From an uncultured virus (IMG/VR IMGVR_UViG_3300011871_000032) (lineage: Duplodnaviria > Heunggongvirae > Uroviricota > Caudoviricetes): a stretch of 64,000 bases of DNA. The position numbers and the translations under genes are program-made. The stretch lies in the IMG/VR virus record IMGVR_UViG_3300011871_000032. One strand, written 5' to 3'. Below the pieces are notes generated by a model that worked only from the letters and a program-made list of their open reading frames with translations, searched no databases and had not been told where the DNA came from. Positions 49,979 through 59,747 of the stretch are shown here, one piece after another (position 1 is the first letter of the stretch; the number at the start of each line of letters is the position of its first letter).

Positions 49979-50632
49979 TTAATAGGTTAACATAGCAATG
50001 TTTTGACCTTCTACGAAATCTGGCAAATCACATTTTTCACTAAAATCATTGATATTTCTCCAATTTTCATAATCATCTTCTTTGGTTATGAAAGCTAAGT
50101 CATTATCAAATACGTATGTTTTAGGATAGTTTCTTCTAAAAGAGTTTCTATCCATTCGACAGGCGGTATTCTCATATGATATTGGTTTAAATGTAATAAC
50201 CTCTATCTCTTTTTTGGTTAGTGTTCTATCTGGAGTATAAATAATACTTCCTGTTTTGAAAGAACAATTTTCCCATTGCCTTAAAACTTCATTTTGAAGA
50301 AGGTTAAAATCATACGAATTTAAGTCAAAGCCAAGTTCATTTGGTTTTCCCCATAGATCATAACCAATATAAATATATTGAGATACGTCATTCTCATTTA
50401 TCTGAGTTAATAGATCTTCTTCTGAAGATAAACAATCAAATTTTACAGTTCTTGTGTCATAAAGAGATTTTAAATATTCAAAACTCCAGAAAGAATTGTT
50501 TAAATTGAAATTTTTATGACCCCAATCATCAATATCAATAAATGGGTTACTAAAGAATGTTAAGTTACCTTTGGAAAAAGGTAAAACATCGTTATCTTTT
50601 ATAAAAAGTTTTGTTTCTCCGTTATAGCTCAT
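49979..50632 (-). CDS. Hypothetical protein
   Basis: 217 aa ORF. Confidence 0.7.
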   Translation of the reverse strand: MSYNGETKLFIKDNDVLPFSKGNLTFFSNPFIDIDDWGHKNFNLNNSFWSFEYLKSLYDTRTVKFDCLSSEEDLLTQINENDVSQYIYIGYDLWGKPNELGFDLNSYDFNLLQNEVLRQWENCSFKTGSIIYTPDRTLTKKEIEVITFKPISYENTACRMDRNSFRRNYPKTYVFDNDLAFITKEDDYENWRNINDFSEKCDLPDFVEGQNIAMLTY

Positions 50633-50692
50633 ATTCTACCTTTTGTTTAAATTTTCACCTATTATACAAGACTCTATTATTCGTAACAATCT

Positions 50693-51490
50693 TTATTTTG
50701 TTAAAAAATCCTGATAGTCTGGAACGATTAAATCAATATTAAAGTCACTAATATATCTATCGTCATTATCATTCCAATATTGATAATAGCCATCTTTAAA
50801 TATACATTGGATATTGAGAGTATTTTCATCGCTCGGATGAGTTATAGAAAATAAATATTGATTATTTTGAGATTGCTCTACTTTTATTTGTTTTTCAGAT
50901 AATGAAAAACCTCTATCAACAAAAGAATCTATTATATACTTACTAAATACTTTTTCTATTATTCGTCTATAACCTTTGCTTTCATAATAATAAAACGATA
51001 ATATTTCATAAGAGGAATATCTAAAGCCTTCTATTAACTTTTTATCCATTCTTTCATTAGCAAAACCTTGATACATGATACTTCCAAAAACGTTCATTGG
51101 ATTAACGATAATTCTATGTGCCGCTCTTTCATTCTCAAGATAACAATAAGCGTCAAGTATTCCTATTAGTTCATCTTCAAAATTTGATAATGGTAGTTCA
51201 TTCATTTCTTCTGTTTTTATATTCTCTACGTCTACTTGTAGAATAGCATCAAAGAAAACAGCTTTTGTCTTATCCATATTTGAATATACCAATAACTCTT
51301 CTCTTTCATCTTCTTTTATATGTTTAGGAAAACTTTCAGCATATTTTTTATTATACTCTTTAGCGATGCTTCCTAAATAAGTATCGATAGTATCCTGATA
51401 AGTTCCTTCATTTATTTTTGAATAATAACCTTTTATTATTTCTTCAAATAATCTTTTTTTATTTACAGAGTTGGAGTTTGTCTTTTCCAT
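50693..51490 (-). CDS. Hypothetical protein
   Basis: 265 aa ORF. Confidence 0.7.
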   Translation of the reverse strand: MEKTNSNSVNKKRLFEEIIKGYYSKINEGTYQDTIDTYLGSIAKEYNKKYAESFPKHIKEDEREELLVYSNMDKTKAVFFDAILQVDVENIKTEEMNELPLSNFEDELIGILDAYCYLENERAAHRIIVNPMNVFGSIMYQGFANERMDKKLIEGFRYSSYEILSFYYYESKGYRRIIEKVFSKYIIDSFVDRGFSLSEKQIKVEQSQNNQYLFSITHPSDENTLNIQCIFKDGYYQYWNDNDDRYISDFNIDLIVPDYQDFLTK

Positions 51491-51624
51491 ATATTTACCT
51501 TTTTGTTTTTTATTTATTATTTCATTTTTATATTGTTATATCAAAAATATCTTATTATTTAATGCTTGCTTTAGATACCTTAAAACCATATAATGACAAC
51601 TATCCCAAAAGTGAGAATAGTAAA

Positions 51625-51912
51625 ATGACAACTAAATTTTCCTTATCAGAACTTTCCGCATTAAAAAAACTTAAAGATGAAGGAAGTATTTTAACAAGTA
51701 AAATTCCTGACAAAAATGAAACAGAGTTTCTTTCTGATAGAGTTATAGCTGGAATGTCAGTTTACAAAAAACTGATTAAAAAAGATCTTTGCTTCATTAC
51801 AGAAGAAGAACCTCTTATTTTAGATGATGGCGAAGAGTTTGAATTTACTCCATCCATTGAACTGACTGATGAAGGTCAAAAAGTTATTTCTGAACTTGTT
51901 TTTCCTTTTTAA
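51625..51912 (+). CDS. Small protein, possible winged helix
   Basis: Promoter TTGCTT-17-TATAAT upstream; C-terminal ELTDEG. Confidence 0.6.
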   Translation: MTTKFSLSELSALKKLKDEGSILTSKIPDKNETEFLSDRVIAGMSVYKKLIKKDLCFITEEEPLILDDGEEFEFTPSIELTDEGQKVISELVFPF

Positions 51913-51969
51913 AATATCATTTTTTAAATAAAAAAGCAGCCCGAAGGCTGCTTTCTTTTTTTCTTGCTA

Positions 51970-53337
51970 TCAGTAAAATTTCTTCAATCCATACTGACCT
52001 CGGATTTTATTATTTTTGAAATCTACCTCAATGCTTTCATAATCACGAAGTTTACTAATCGCATCTTTCATAATAATAACCGGGAACATTTCTTCACGTC
52101 CAACAATAACAAGGTGTGATACTGCCCCACCTCTTTCTGTAATTACCATACCTGCTTTTTTTGCCAGTTTTTCATATTTTAGACCAGCATTAGGCAACAC
52201 TAAGATATCACGATCCGTAATTTCCTTACTGTCTTCAAATACAATCTTACCTGTAAAGCTACCCATCTTAACATCGTTTAATGTTAAAAAGTCGCCTACA
52301 GATTTATAACCAAAACGAAGATTATCGATAATATCATAAAAACGTGAGGTTTCAGGATTATCATGGTTATACTCTTCACCATTTAAATCATAACCCATTG
52401 CTAACCACAAATCAGAATGGAATGCTGAATCGTCTTCCATTTTTAAACCGCTTTCACATACCGGATTCCAAATCTTACTGTCGCGGGTAATATAAGCATC
52501 TACAAGCTGCATAGGAACAGTTGTTGTGTAGGTTTCACCAGAAGCCCGATCTGTAACAACAACTTCTTCCCACGACACTTTTCTTTCTTCACATGCTTTT
52601 AATACCTTTTCACGTAAATCTTTAGTCATAGAAGGAATATCGTTATAACCACGCTCTTTTGCAGAAGATTCAAGATAAGACAAGCGATACTGTTTTAAAT
52701 ACGCTGGCATTTCTGTTGTTTTTTCTTCTTTTTTAACTTTTACTTCTTTTTCAATAACAGGCTTTGTTTCTTCTACCGTTTTAATACCATACATAATGTT
52801 ATAGCATCTTTCGGCAGATTTTGCGAAATCTGAACGCTTAAGCCACATTGGTACCGTATTGGGATTCTCTTTACGAGCTACCAAGAAACGATCAGAACCG
52901 AGACGGAAAACCTTTTCATTTTTCATATCACTCATATAACGTGTCGCGGCATTTAGCATTTCTTGGTGACCAAAATGAGGACCATGATAAAGACCACGCA
53001 TATCCATCATGTAATTAAAATCACGACTTTCGATAATACGGTCAAACTTAAAGAAATCACCATGATCGTAAAAATAATCTTCTACATAAATTTCACGAAC
53101 GGTTTGTTTGTAATCTTCTGAATCATTATCATCAACTACATCAATGTTATCATTAAAACCTTTAAGAGTTTTATCACCACGAAGGATAGCAAGCGCAATC
53201 TCCATAGGAAAGTCTTCAAGATTTTCTTCGAAGGTATTTAAAGCTTTAGCCCATTCTCCCGCTAAAACCATATCACGAGCCATTTCAACGATAGCAGAAC
53301 CATAAACCTTAAAACCAGCCAGCGAAATTGTTGACAT
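51970..53337 (-). CDS. Protein with C-terminal PEP-utilising phospho-histidine (mobile) domain
   Basis: DILVL..AGMVITERGGAVSHLVIVGRE..PVI. Confidence 0.75.
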   Translation of the reverse strand: MSTISLAGFKVYGSAIVEMARDMVLAGEWAKALNTFEENLEDFPMEIALAILRGDKTLKGFNDNIDVVDDNDSEDYKQTVREIYVEDYFYDHGDFFKFDRIIESRDFNYMMDMRGLYHGPHFGHQEMLNAATRYMSDMKNEKVFRLGSDRFLVARKENPNTVPMWLKRSDFAKSAERCYNIMYGIKTVEETKPVIEKEVKVKKEEKTTEMPAYLKQYRLSYLESSAKERGYNDIPSMTKDLREKVLKACEERKVSWEEVVVTDRASGETYTTTVPMQLVDAYITRDSKIWNPVCESGLKMEDDSAFHSDLWLAMGYDLNGEEYNHDNPETSRFYDIIDNLRFGYKSVGDFLTLNDVKMGSFTGKIVFEDSKEITDRDILVLPNAGLKYEKLAKKAGMVITERGGAVSHLVIVGREEMFPVIIMKDAISKLRDYESIEVDFKNNKIRGQYGLKKFY

Positions 53338-53451
53338 TTTTAAACCCTCAAAAGTTTTTTCTATGAATCGATTATAACAACACTTCACTTTAAAGACAAG
53401 TTTTTGTTGTTATTTTATATTCAAAAAAAAGAGGCCGAAGCCCCTTTTATA

Positions 53452-53979
53452 TTACTGCTTATAATTTATCGCATCCAGTAAGCTTTGATTTATTGATGTT
53501 ATCTCATTTCTAACAAGGATATCTCTTTTTTCTACTAATAGCGTATTATTTTTTAGATATTCTTGAAAATCAGATATCAAAAGCACATCGATTATCATGG
53601 CATCATAGGCAATTAGCTTTGGATTAAAATGTAAATTTAATACAATCGTATTACCATAATCAAAAACTTCTTTTTCAAAGTCCTTATTTTTATTTTGTAA
53701 TACTTTTAAAGAATCTTTTATTTTTCCAACTACTTTACTTCTTATCTTATCATTTGAAAATGTAAAAGTATAACTAATTGTTTTTTTACCAATCTCTTCT
53801 TTTTTCATTAATGCTAAAGCTGTATTATAGTTTTTGTATCCTATTTGTTTAGCAACAATCTCATAGCTTTCCATTAAAGTAATATTTTGACCTATTATTT
53901 TCAATTCTTCCTTTAGCTTTTTAGCCATACTTTTTAATTTAGCTATATCTATATTAAGATTTATATTTGATGAGTGCAT
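53452..53979 (-). CDS. Glyoxalase-superfamily-associated N-terminal helical domain protein
   Basis: LK.MAKKL...L..SYEIVAKQIGYKNYN. Confidence 0.6.
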   Translation of the reverse strand: MHSSNINLNIDIAKLKSMAKKLKEELKIIGQNITLMESYEIVAKQIGYKNYNTALALMKKEEIGKKTISYTFTFSNDKIRSKVVGKIKDSLKVLQNKNKDFEKEVFDYGNTIVLNLHFNPKLIAYDAMIIDVLLISDFQEYLKNNTLLVEKRDILVRNEITSINQSLLDAINYKQ

Positions 53980-54178
53980 ATTTAATATCCTATTATTAAA
54001 TTCTGTTATAAGTGTTGGCATTAATATAAAAAATATTAAATATGTTATTTTATATGAGTTTATGATTTTATTTAGAATACAATAATTGCGCCAACTCTAG
54101 GTTAAAATCATACCTTAATGATTTACAGTTTATATAAAATAATTATACAAGTCAAAAAAAAGAGGCAGAAGCCTCTTT

Positions 54179-54532
54179 TTATATTGCGGAGATAAACGCC
54201 AAACGGTCTTTTTCGGGGATATTCAAAATGGGAATTGTTTTCAGTATTTTTTCTAGACCTTCTTTGTGTTCATTTAAAAAAGCAAAACCATTTTTACACA
54301 TAATACCTTTATCTTCTATCTGGAATGCTACAGCACTATCATTAGCATAATAGAAAGACACACCAATTTTTACTTTACGGCTAACTAGTCCTTTTTCAAT
54401 ACCAAACTTTAACAATGAATAGAAAATAGAAGCGTAATCTTTATCTACTACATAGTAGGTCTTCGCAGGTTTTAATTTTGCCATATTTTCAACAAATGAC
54501 TTAAGTAGTTCTTGTGGATTAGTATGTTTCAT
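54179..54532 (-). CDS. Hypothetical protein
   Basis: AGGA RBS. Confidence 0.7.
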   Translation of the reverse strand: MKHTNPQELLKSFVENMAKLKPAKTYYVVDKDYASIFYSLLKFGIEKGLVSRKVKIGVSFYYANDSAVAFQIEDKGIMCKNGFAFLNEHKEGLEKILKTIPILNIPEKDRLAFISAI

Positions 54533-54611
54533 ATCTTATCCTTTTTGATTAAGAGATGACATTTTATCATTTTTCATCATTTAAAACAAACAAAAAAGAG
54601 GCCGCAGCCTC

Positions 54612-55415
54612 CTATTTTTTATCGATTTGCTCAAAAAGAATACGATAGGCATTAAGCGTATTTTCTAGGTAATCATCATCATCAACCAAACTAATTACAT
54701 TTACATTTGGAAGGAGCAAAACAAAGGGAGAATGAGTTGCTATGATCCATTGAAACTTATTAAAATTTTTCTGTTCTCCTAAATTACTAAAGAAGTTTCC
54801 CTGAAAAATGGCAGAAAGCCCTGATTCTGGTTCATCCATCAAAATAGTTGGTTTACCTTTTGGGATTTTTCCTTCTAATACTGCTTTAAAACACTCTGGC
54901 AATTTATCTTTATTGCACTTGTATTCCATTTCTTTAGGTAAAGATTTGAAATCATCTAAATATTGGAAAACTCGCTTTGTTCTGTTGATTGTTTTAAAAC
55001 CATCGGAACGCTTTTCTAACAATTCATCTAAACCTTCTTTTTGAAAATCATCATCTAATTCCATTTTTACATTTAGACCAACTTTTTTACGTGCATCAGC
55101 ATAGACGGCTGGTTTACCATCATGAAAAATATTAATACCATCCAGAATAGTTCCTTTTTGATCTGATGAAATTAAACCTGACATAATATCAAAACGCCAC
55201 TGATCAGTAACTTTAGAAATTCCTCCTTGTTCACATGCCAAAGAATAAGCAAGCATCTTTAGTAAAGATGATTTACCAGCTCCATTGGGAGCAAAAAGGA
55301 TATTAACACCATCTGTAAACTGAATTTCTTTAGTTTTTTTGAAAAAGTTTAAATTCTTCAAAAAGTGAAAGCCCTTACTTTTACTTAAATCTTCTAATAC
55401 GATTTTTTCAATCAT
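54612..55415 (-). CDS. ABC-type P-loop ATPase (paralog of 49131..49910)
   Basis: GVNILFAPNGAGKSS, LMDEPESGL, IATHSP. Confidence 0.87.
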   Translation of the reverse strand: MIEKIVLEDLSKSKGFHFLKNLNFFKKTKEIQFTDGVNILFAPNGAGKSSLLKMLAYSLACEQGGISKVTDQWRFDIMSGLISSDQKGTILDGINIFHDGKPAVYADARKKVGLNVKMELDDDFQKEGLDELLEKRSDGFKTINRTKRVFQYLDDFKSLPKEMEYKCNKDKLPECFKAVLEGKIPKGKPTILMDEPESGLSAIFQGNFFSNLGEQKNFNKFQWIIATHSPFVLLLPNVNVISLVDDDDYLENTLNAYRILFEQIDKK

Positions 55416-55426
55416 TTTATTCTCTT

Positions 55427-55780
55427 TTATTTAGAAATATTGTTTAAAACAGCTTTTAAATGCTCCATATCTGTTTTAATTTTTTTACGAAGGTTTTTGA
55501 TAGCTTCTCTTGGAGTATCTCCAGAGCCTATATAGCCTGACATCATATCGTCATGGTGATGAATAAGGAATCTATCTTTACTGCCACCATTTGGAGTTGC
55601 TACAGTGCTATGATAAGAATAAAGTTGTTCTTTCTTATTAAAAAACTCAATAAGAAATCTTTTTCCATTATTTGAATGTGGTGTTTCTCTTACTTTACAT
55701 TCCCATCCTTCTGGAAAGGAACCGAGTATTTCATTTCCAATTTTAAGAGCTTCTTCATGAGTTAAGAACAAAGTTTTCAT
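55427..55780 (-). CDS. Hypothetical protein
   Basis: GAGGA RBS; GDTPREAI. Confidence 0.7.
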   Translation of the reverse strand: MKTLFLTHEEALKIGNEILGSFPEGWECKVRETPHSNNGKRFLIEFFNKKEQLYSYHSTVATPNGGSKDRFLIHHHDDMMSGYIGSGDTPREAIKNLRKKIKTDMEHLKAVLNNISK

Positions 55781-55893
55781 TTATAATCCTCAGATGATTT
55801 CTGGTATTATAAATGATTTTTCTGTTATGCACAAGCTTTATTTTAATAATCATTCCAACCATGAAAATATTCTTTTTTTGCATTTTATTTCCT

Positions 55894-56029
55894 TAAAAGC
55901 TCATATGTAATTCATTATATAGCTTAAAGTATCATATATGAACTCTTAAATTATTTTTTTTACATAAGAGGTTAAATATGACACTTTAGGAGCCTTAAAT
56001 AACAATAAGAGGTCATATTTGACCTCTTA
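55894..56029. repeat. Four imperfect 24-bp palindromes (TAARRNNTCA-N4-TGANNYYTTA)
   Basis: Copies start at 55894, 55925, 55965, 56006. Confidence 0.5.
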
Positions 56030-56034
56030 ACATA

Positions 56035-56274
56035 TTAAGAAAGTGTTTCGTTATTAACAATAATATCAACTTCACCGAAGCTCTTGATAAGATCGTTAAG
56101 TGATTCTTCATGAGACACTTCAACGCGATAAATATCATCAGGATTGCCACCCATCATAAGCAGGATATGTTTACCGTCTACAGTTTCTCCAGTAAAATTA
56201 AATGAGAACTTATAAAAACTTGAAAATTGAAAATAAGTCTCTCCATAATGCTTGATGAAATCGTCTTTACTCAT
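56035..56274 (-). CDS. Hypothetical protein
   Basis: AGGAG RBS. Confidence 0.7.
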   Translation of the reverse strand: MSKDDFIKHYGETYFQFSSFYKFSFNFTGETVDGKHILLMMGGNPDDIYRVEVSHEESLNDLIKSFGEVDIIVNNETLS

Positions 56275-56277
56275 GAA

Positions 56278-56607
56278 TTACTCCTTCTTTAAGGTTACAA
56301 TAACAGTGTCTGCTTTTATATAACGATTATCACCGATAGGTTTGTAACATTTTCTATCAATCATTATATCTTCTTTGTTTTTACAATATTGAATTTGTTT
56401 ATTATAATCTTTACCGTCAAAATAGAAATTAATAGAATACATCAAAGTAGCAGATACAATACCAACTGCTAATACTTTAAAAAACCAGATTTTAAGATTT
56501 TTTTCTTGTTTACGAATATCATAGAAAAATAAAAATGCTCCAAGCCCCATTATTAAATAAAACATTCCAAATTGTTTAAACCCTTCAATAGAAAAATAAT
56601 CGTACAT
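56278..56607 (-). CDS. Two-TM membrane protein
   Basis: Two hydrophobic helices. Confidence 0.7.
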   Translation of the reverse strand: MYDYFSIEGFKQFGMFYLIMGLGAFLFFYDIRKQEKNLKIWFFKVLAVGIVSATLMYSINFYFDGKDYNKQIQYCKNKEDIMIDRKCYKPIGDNRYIKADTVIVTLKKE

Positions 56608-56615
56608 ATTATCCC

Positions 56616-56834
56616 TTACTTAATCAGATCTACATAATCGCCAAATTCACGATCAAAAATTTTAATCAGGTTATCGTAATCACCATCCATCATTTCTTTA
56701 CGAATTTCACCAATACGTTCTTGAGAAAGGCCAATTTGCTTACCAAAAGTTCTAACATATCCAATTAAGGAAAAAGCATTGCCTTGAGAAGAGTTCAGAT
56801 CGATAGTTGGTTTTTCATTTCCGCGATTTTTAAA
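56616..56834 (-). pseudogene. Phage-type small protein frame lacking an in-frame start
   Basis: ..KPTIDLNSSQGNAFSLIG...GDYDNLIKIFDREFGDYV; GAGG RBS present but nearby ATG out of frame. Confidence 0.5.
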
Positions 56835-56894
56835 ACCTCACCTTATTTAATGACAATATTATAGCATAATATTATATCATGCACAAGGAAAAAC

Positions 56895-57095
56895 TTACAC
56901 ACAAATTTTAATTTCAACAAAAGCACTTACGGTCTTTGGCTTAGGGCATCCATCTTTAGGAGGATTAACGATACGAGTAATATTATTTTCCTCACCGATA
57001 GATAATAGGCATTTCATACTTTCTCCCTGCGCCTGATAGAGAGCTTTACATCCTTCGCAAGTTTTTGGTTTTTTTAGTTTCATGATATTACTCAT
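56895..57095 (-). CDS. Small Cys-containing protein
   Basis: C..C, C, CPKP. Confidence 0.55.
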   Translation of the reverse strand: MSNIMKLKKPKTCEGCKALYQAQGESMKCLLSIGEENNITRIVNPPKDGCPKPKTVSAFVEIKICV

Positions 57096-57169
57096 AGTGT
57101 TTAGTAAGGCTTTATTATATGACAACACTGAATCTTATACAAGAAAAAACCACCCGAAGGTGGTTTATT

Positions 57170-57436
57170 TTAACTATGGATAAAACCTTTGTTTGACTGA
57201 TTCTTTACATCTTTTTCTGTCGTTTCGAAAGCCATTTCTAATCCTGATTTTGCATCATGCAAATCTTTTCTTTTGAGGCTTCTTCTGATCATGTTTCCAT
57301 GAGCTTTGACTTCAGAATCCATTCCACCAGCTTTAGCGTTATAAGCATCAGAATGGTATCTGTTTACACCTTTTTTATCTTCAGCGAATCTCAACATGAA
57401 TTTATCGCCTTTAGTTCTTCTTACTGTTCTACTCAT
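57170..57436 (-). CDS. Small basic protein
   Basis: MSRTVRR.., AAGGAG RBS. Confidence 0.7.
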   Translation of the reverse strand: MSRTVRRTKGDKFMLRFAEDKKGVNRYHSDAYNAKAGGMDSEVKAHGNMIRRSLKRKDLHDAKSGLEMAFETTEKDVKNQSNKGFIHS

Positions 57437-57445
57437 TTATGCTCC

Positions 57446-57901
57446 TTAAAAAATGACTTCATCATCATCCTCTACTTCTGTTTCTCTTACGACTCTCATT
57501 GATCTAATATGAGTAAAGGTATCTTCATCCCAAAATGCGCTAACAATCTGACGTTCACCATTATCAAGTTCTACAGACATTTGATAACCTAAGAAAACAC
57601 CTGTTTCATGGAATACCATCCAATCAAAAACTTCTTCAACATCTTCTTTTTTACGGATTTTCCATGAGTGCTCATTCATAAAAGCTCTGCGAGTTAAGAT
57701 TTCCTTCATCACTTTTTTAGCTTTATCTTTGCTTTTCCACAGGATTGGTAAGCATGACGTTTTCTCATACGTTTTTTCACTATCACCTGTTGAATAGCGG
57801 ATTTCTAGCTTCTACACATCATAATTTTTGTTTTTCTCGCGCTCCATTTCTTCTTGTTCTTCTAAAGAATAATGATCATCACCTAAATAATGCATAGTCA
57901 T
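57446..57901 (-). pseudogene. Hypothetical protein interrupted by in-frame TAG at codon 30
   Basis: GGAG-ATG 57901; TAG at 57812-57814; frame continues (IRYSTGDS..) into 57446..57712. Confidence 0.6.
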
Positions 57902-57975
57902 AGCAATCTCCAAAAAATAAGGTCACTTAAATAATAACCTTATCATAACACTACTCTATCTCTATCACAAGCTTT

Positions 57976-59634
57976 TTATCTTACGCATATAGCATATGCT
58001 GTGAAGCAACCAGCATCGTTACCACCCGGAGGATTTACTATAAATCTGTTATTCACAACATCTGGATAAGATGTATCTGGAGCGTTTCGTCCATCATCAT
58101 CTCTCCATTGACTTAATGCATATCCACCACCAGTTAGCTTGTATCCAGCAGGACAGTTAGCATATGATGGTAGTCTACCATCACCACCACATCTGGATGG
58201 TCCATTTGTTCTTATAACTTCACCTATTCCAGCAGAAGCCCAAACACCACTAACACATGATAATATTGAACCTGCAGCATCTCTACCTTGAAGACCATTA
58301 GGTGAACATCCAGCACCAGCAGTGGCTACGCCATTTATTTGAACAAATTCACCAGATGTTAATCTTCCTCCTGATGATATATTTCCAGAAGCTGTAATAC
58401 TCCCTGAGCTGTTTCCATCTCCTCTAACAGATAAGTCTCCAAGGTTATCTTGACGCCCCCATACTTGAAGGCGTTGTTCATTTGATAAACCACCCGATCT
58501 CCATAAAGTTAATGGTTTATTTGAACCTAATCTGAATTCGTAGTCATTGGCATCACCACCACCTATAACATACGTATCTCCACCACCATTATGACCAATA
58601 ATCTGACCACCTGCTGTTATATTGCCTCCAGTGCTTAAAGCTCCACCGATAGTGCCATTACCAGAAGCATATACTCCACCTGTAATATTAACTGTATTTA
58701 AGTCACCTCTATTACTGTTCATATGAATAGATAGTGGTTTGTCCTGCATCATTTTTATTTCATAATCATTCGCCCCAGCATCTCCACCTAAACCTATAAC
58801 ATCTCCATACCCATTTTTTGCCCAAACCCAATTACCAGCAGTTATTGCTCCTGTTGAGTTAATGTTATTATTTACTTGTAAAGCTCCTTGTAAGGTTGTT
58901 GAGCCTCCAATACTTAGATTTCCAGCGGCAGTTATATCTTTAGCATTGTTAATGCTTTGACCACCCATATTTAAGTTTCCAGTCATAGGAAGAGTACCAT
59001 CACGGCGCAAATAAACAGAATACATTGCTGAGTTAAATCCTGTTCTATAAGCAAGTAAGCCATCTCTTGTTATATTATTAAAATTAGTTGAGTTCTCTGT
59101 CCATTGGGAATTATATCCAGATACTGATGTTGCTGATTTTGAAACACCACTATCTATTCCTGCAGATTGCATAGCTTTACCTAATAAATCATAACGAATT
59201 GCACCACCTTCTATCCAAGCAGCAGAGGTAGTTATTAAACCATTTATTAAATAATTAGGAGATGTTCCTGATCTTTTGAATATTATTTTGTAAGGAGAAC
59301 GAAAAGAGTTAGTATCCTTATAAGTTGTAGGCAATAAACCTTCATTAACTAATGTTGCTACTGTTATTTCACATCCAGATGCATTACATGTTCTTGGACC
59401 CGGATCTGTTGATTGACTAGAACTTGATGTTAATGTTGATAGTTTATCATATCTTATATTTATATACCCATTTACAGCATCTCCTATTTGCCTAATTTGT
59501 TGACCTACAGCAGATGCTACGACATTTTCCTGTTCATTTCTCATGTCCTGAAATTTAATAAAAGTAATCATAGTGCCTACACCAAGCACTAATATTAATT
59601 CCAATAGAGAGAAACCTCCTTTCTTCAACTTCAT
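57976..59634 (-). CDS. pilV: PilV-like (shufflon-type) type IVb pilus tip adhesin
   Basis: KKGG|FSLLELILVL, PilV-like constant region, Gly-rich repeats, C...G..LSCVSGVW junction, Cys-rich C-terminal domain. Confidence 0.8.
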   Translation of the reverse strand: MKLKKGGFSLLELILVLGVGTMITFIKFQDMRNEQENVVASAVGQQIRQIGDAVNGYINIRYDKLSTLTSSSSQSTDPGPRTCNASGCEITVATLVNEGLLPTTYKDTNSFRSPYKIIFKRSGTSPNYLINGLITTSAAWIEGGAIRYDLLGKAMQSAGIDSGVSKSATSVSGYNSQWTENSTNFNNITRDGLLAYRTGFNSAMYSVYLRRDGTLPMTGNLNMGGQSINNAKDITAAGNLSIGGSTTLQGALQVNNNINSTGAITAGNWVWAKNGYGDVIGLGGDAGANDYEIKMMQDKPLSIHMNSNRGDLNTVNITGGVYASGNGTIGGALSTGGNITAGGQIIGHNGGGDTYVIGGGDANDYEFRLGSNKPLTLWRSGGLSNEQRLQVWGRQDNLGDLSVRGDGNSSGSITASGNISSGGRLTSGEFVQINGVATAGAGCSPNGLQGRDAAGSILSCVSGVWASAGIGEVIRTNGPSRCGGDGRLPSYANCPAGYKLTGGGYALSQWRDDDGRNAPDTSYPDVVNNRFIVNPPGGNDAGCFTAYAICVR

Positions 59635-59747
59635 TTGTTTCACCTTCGACTAAATATAATGTATATGTTTCATTTATATTATATTTAATCAAAAACTCAA
59701 CTTTTTTGTTTTAAAAAACTAAATAAAGTAAAATGATTAGTATTCCT

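Noticed and set aside
55894..56029. CRISPR array
   Set aside because: Repeats are degenerate, gaps are only 7-17 nt, and no cas genes are present.
12299..57901. Genome-wide stop-codon reassignment
   Set aside because: The three interruptions use three different stops, all three stops end normal genes here, and no clear suppressor tRNA was seen.
57976..58300. Active shufflon
   Set aside because: No sfx repeats, silent cassettes or Rci recombinase nearby.
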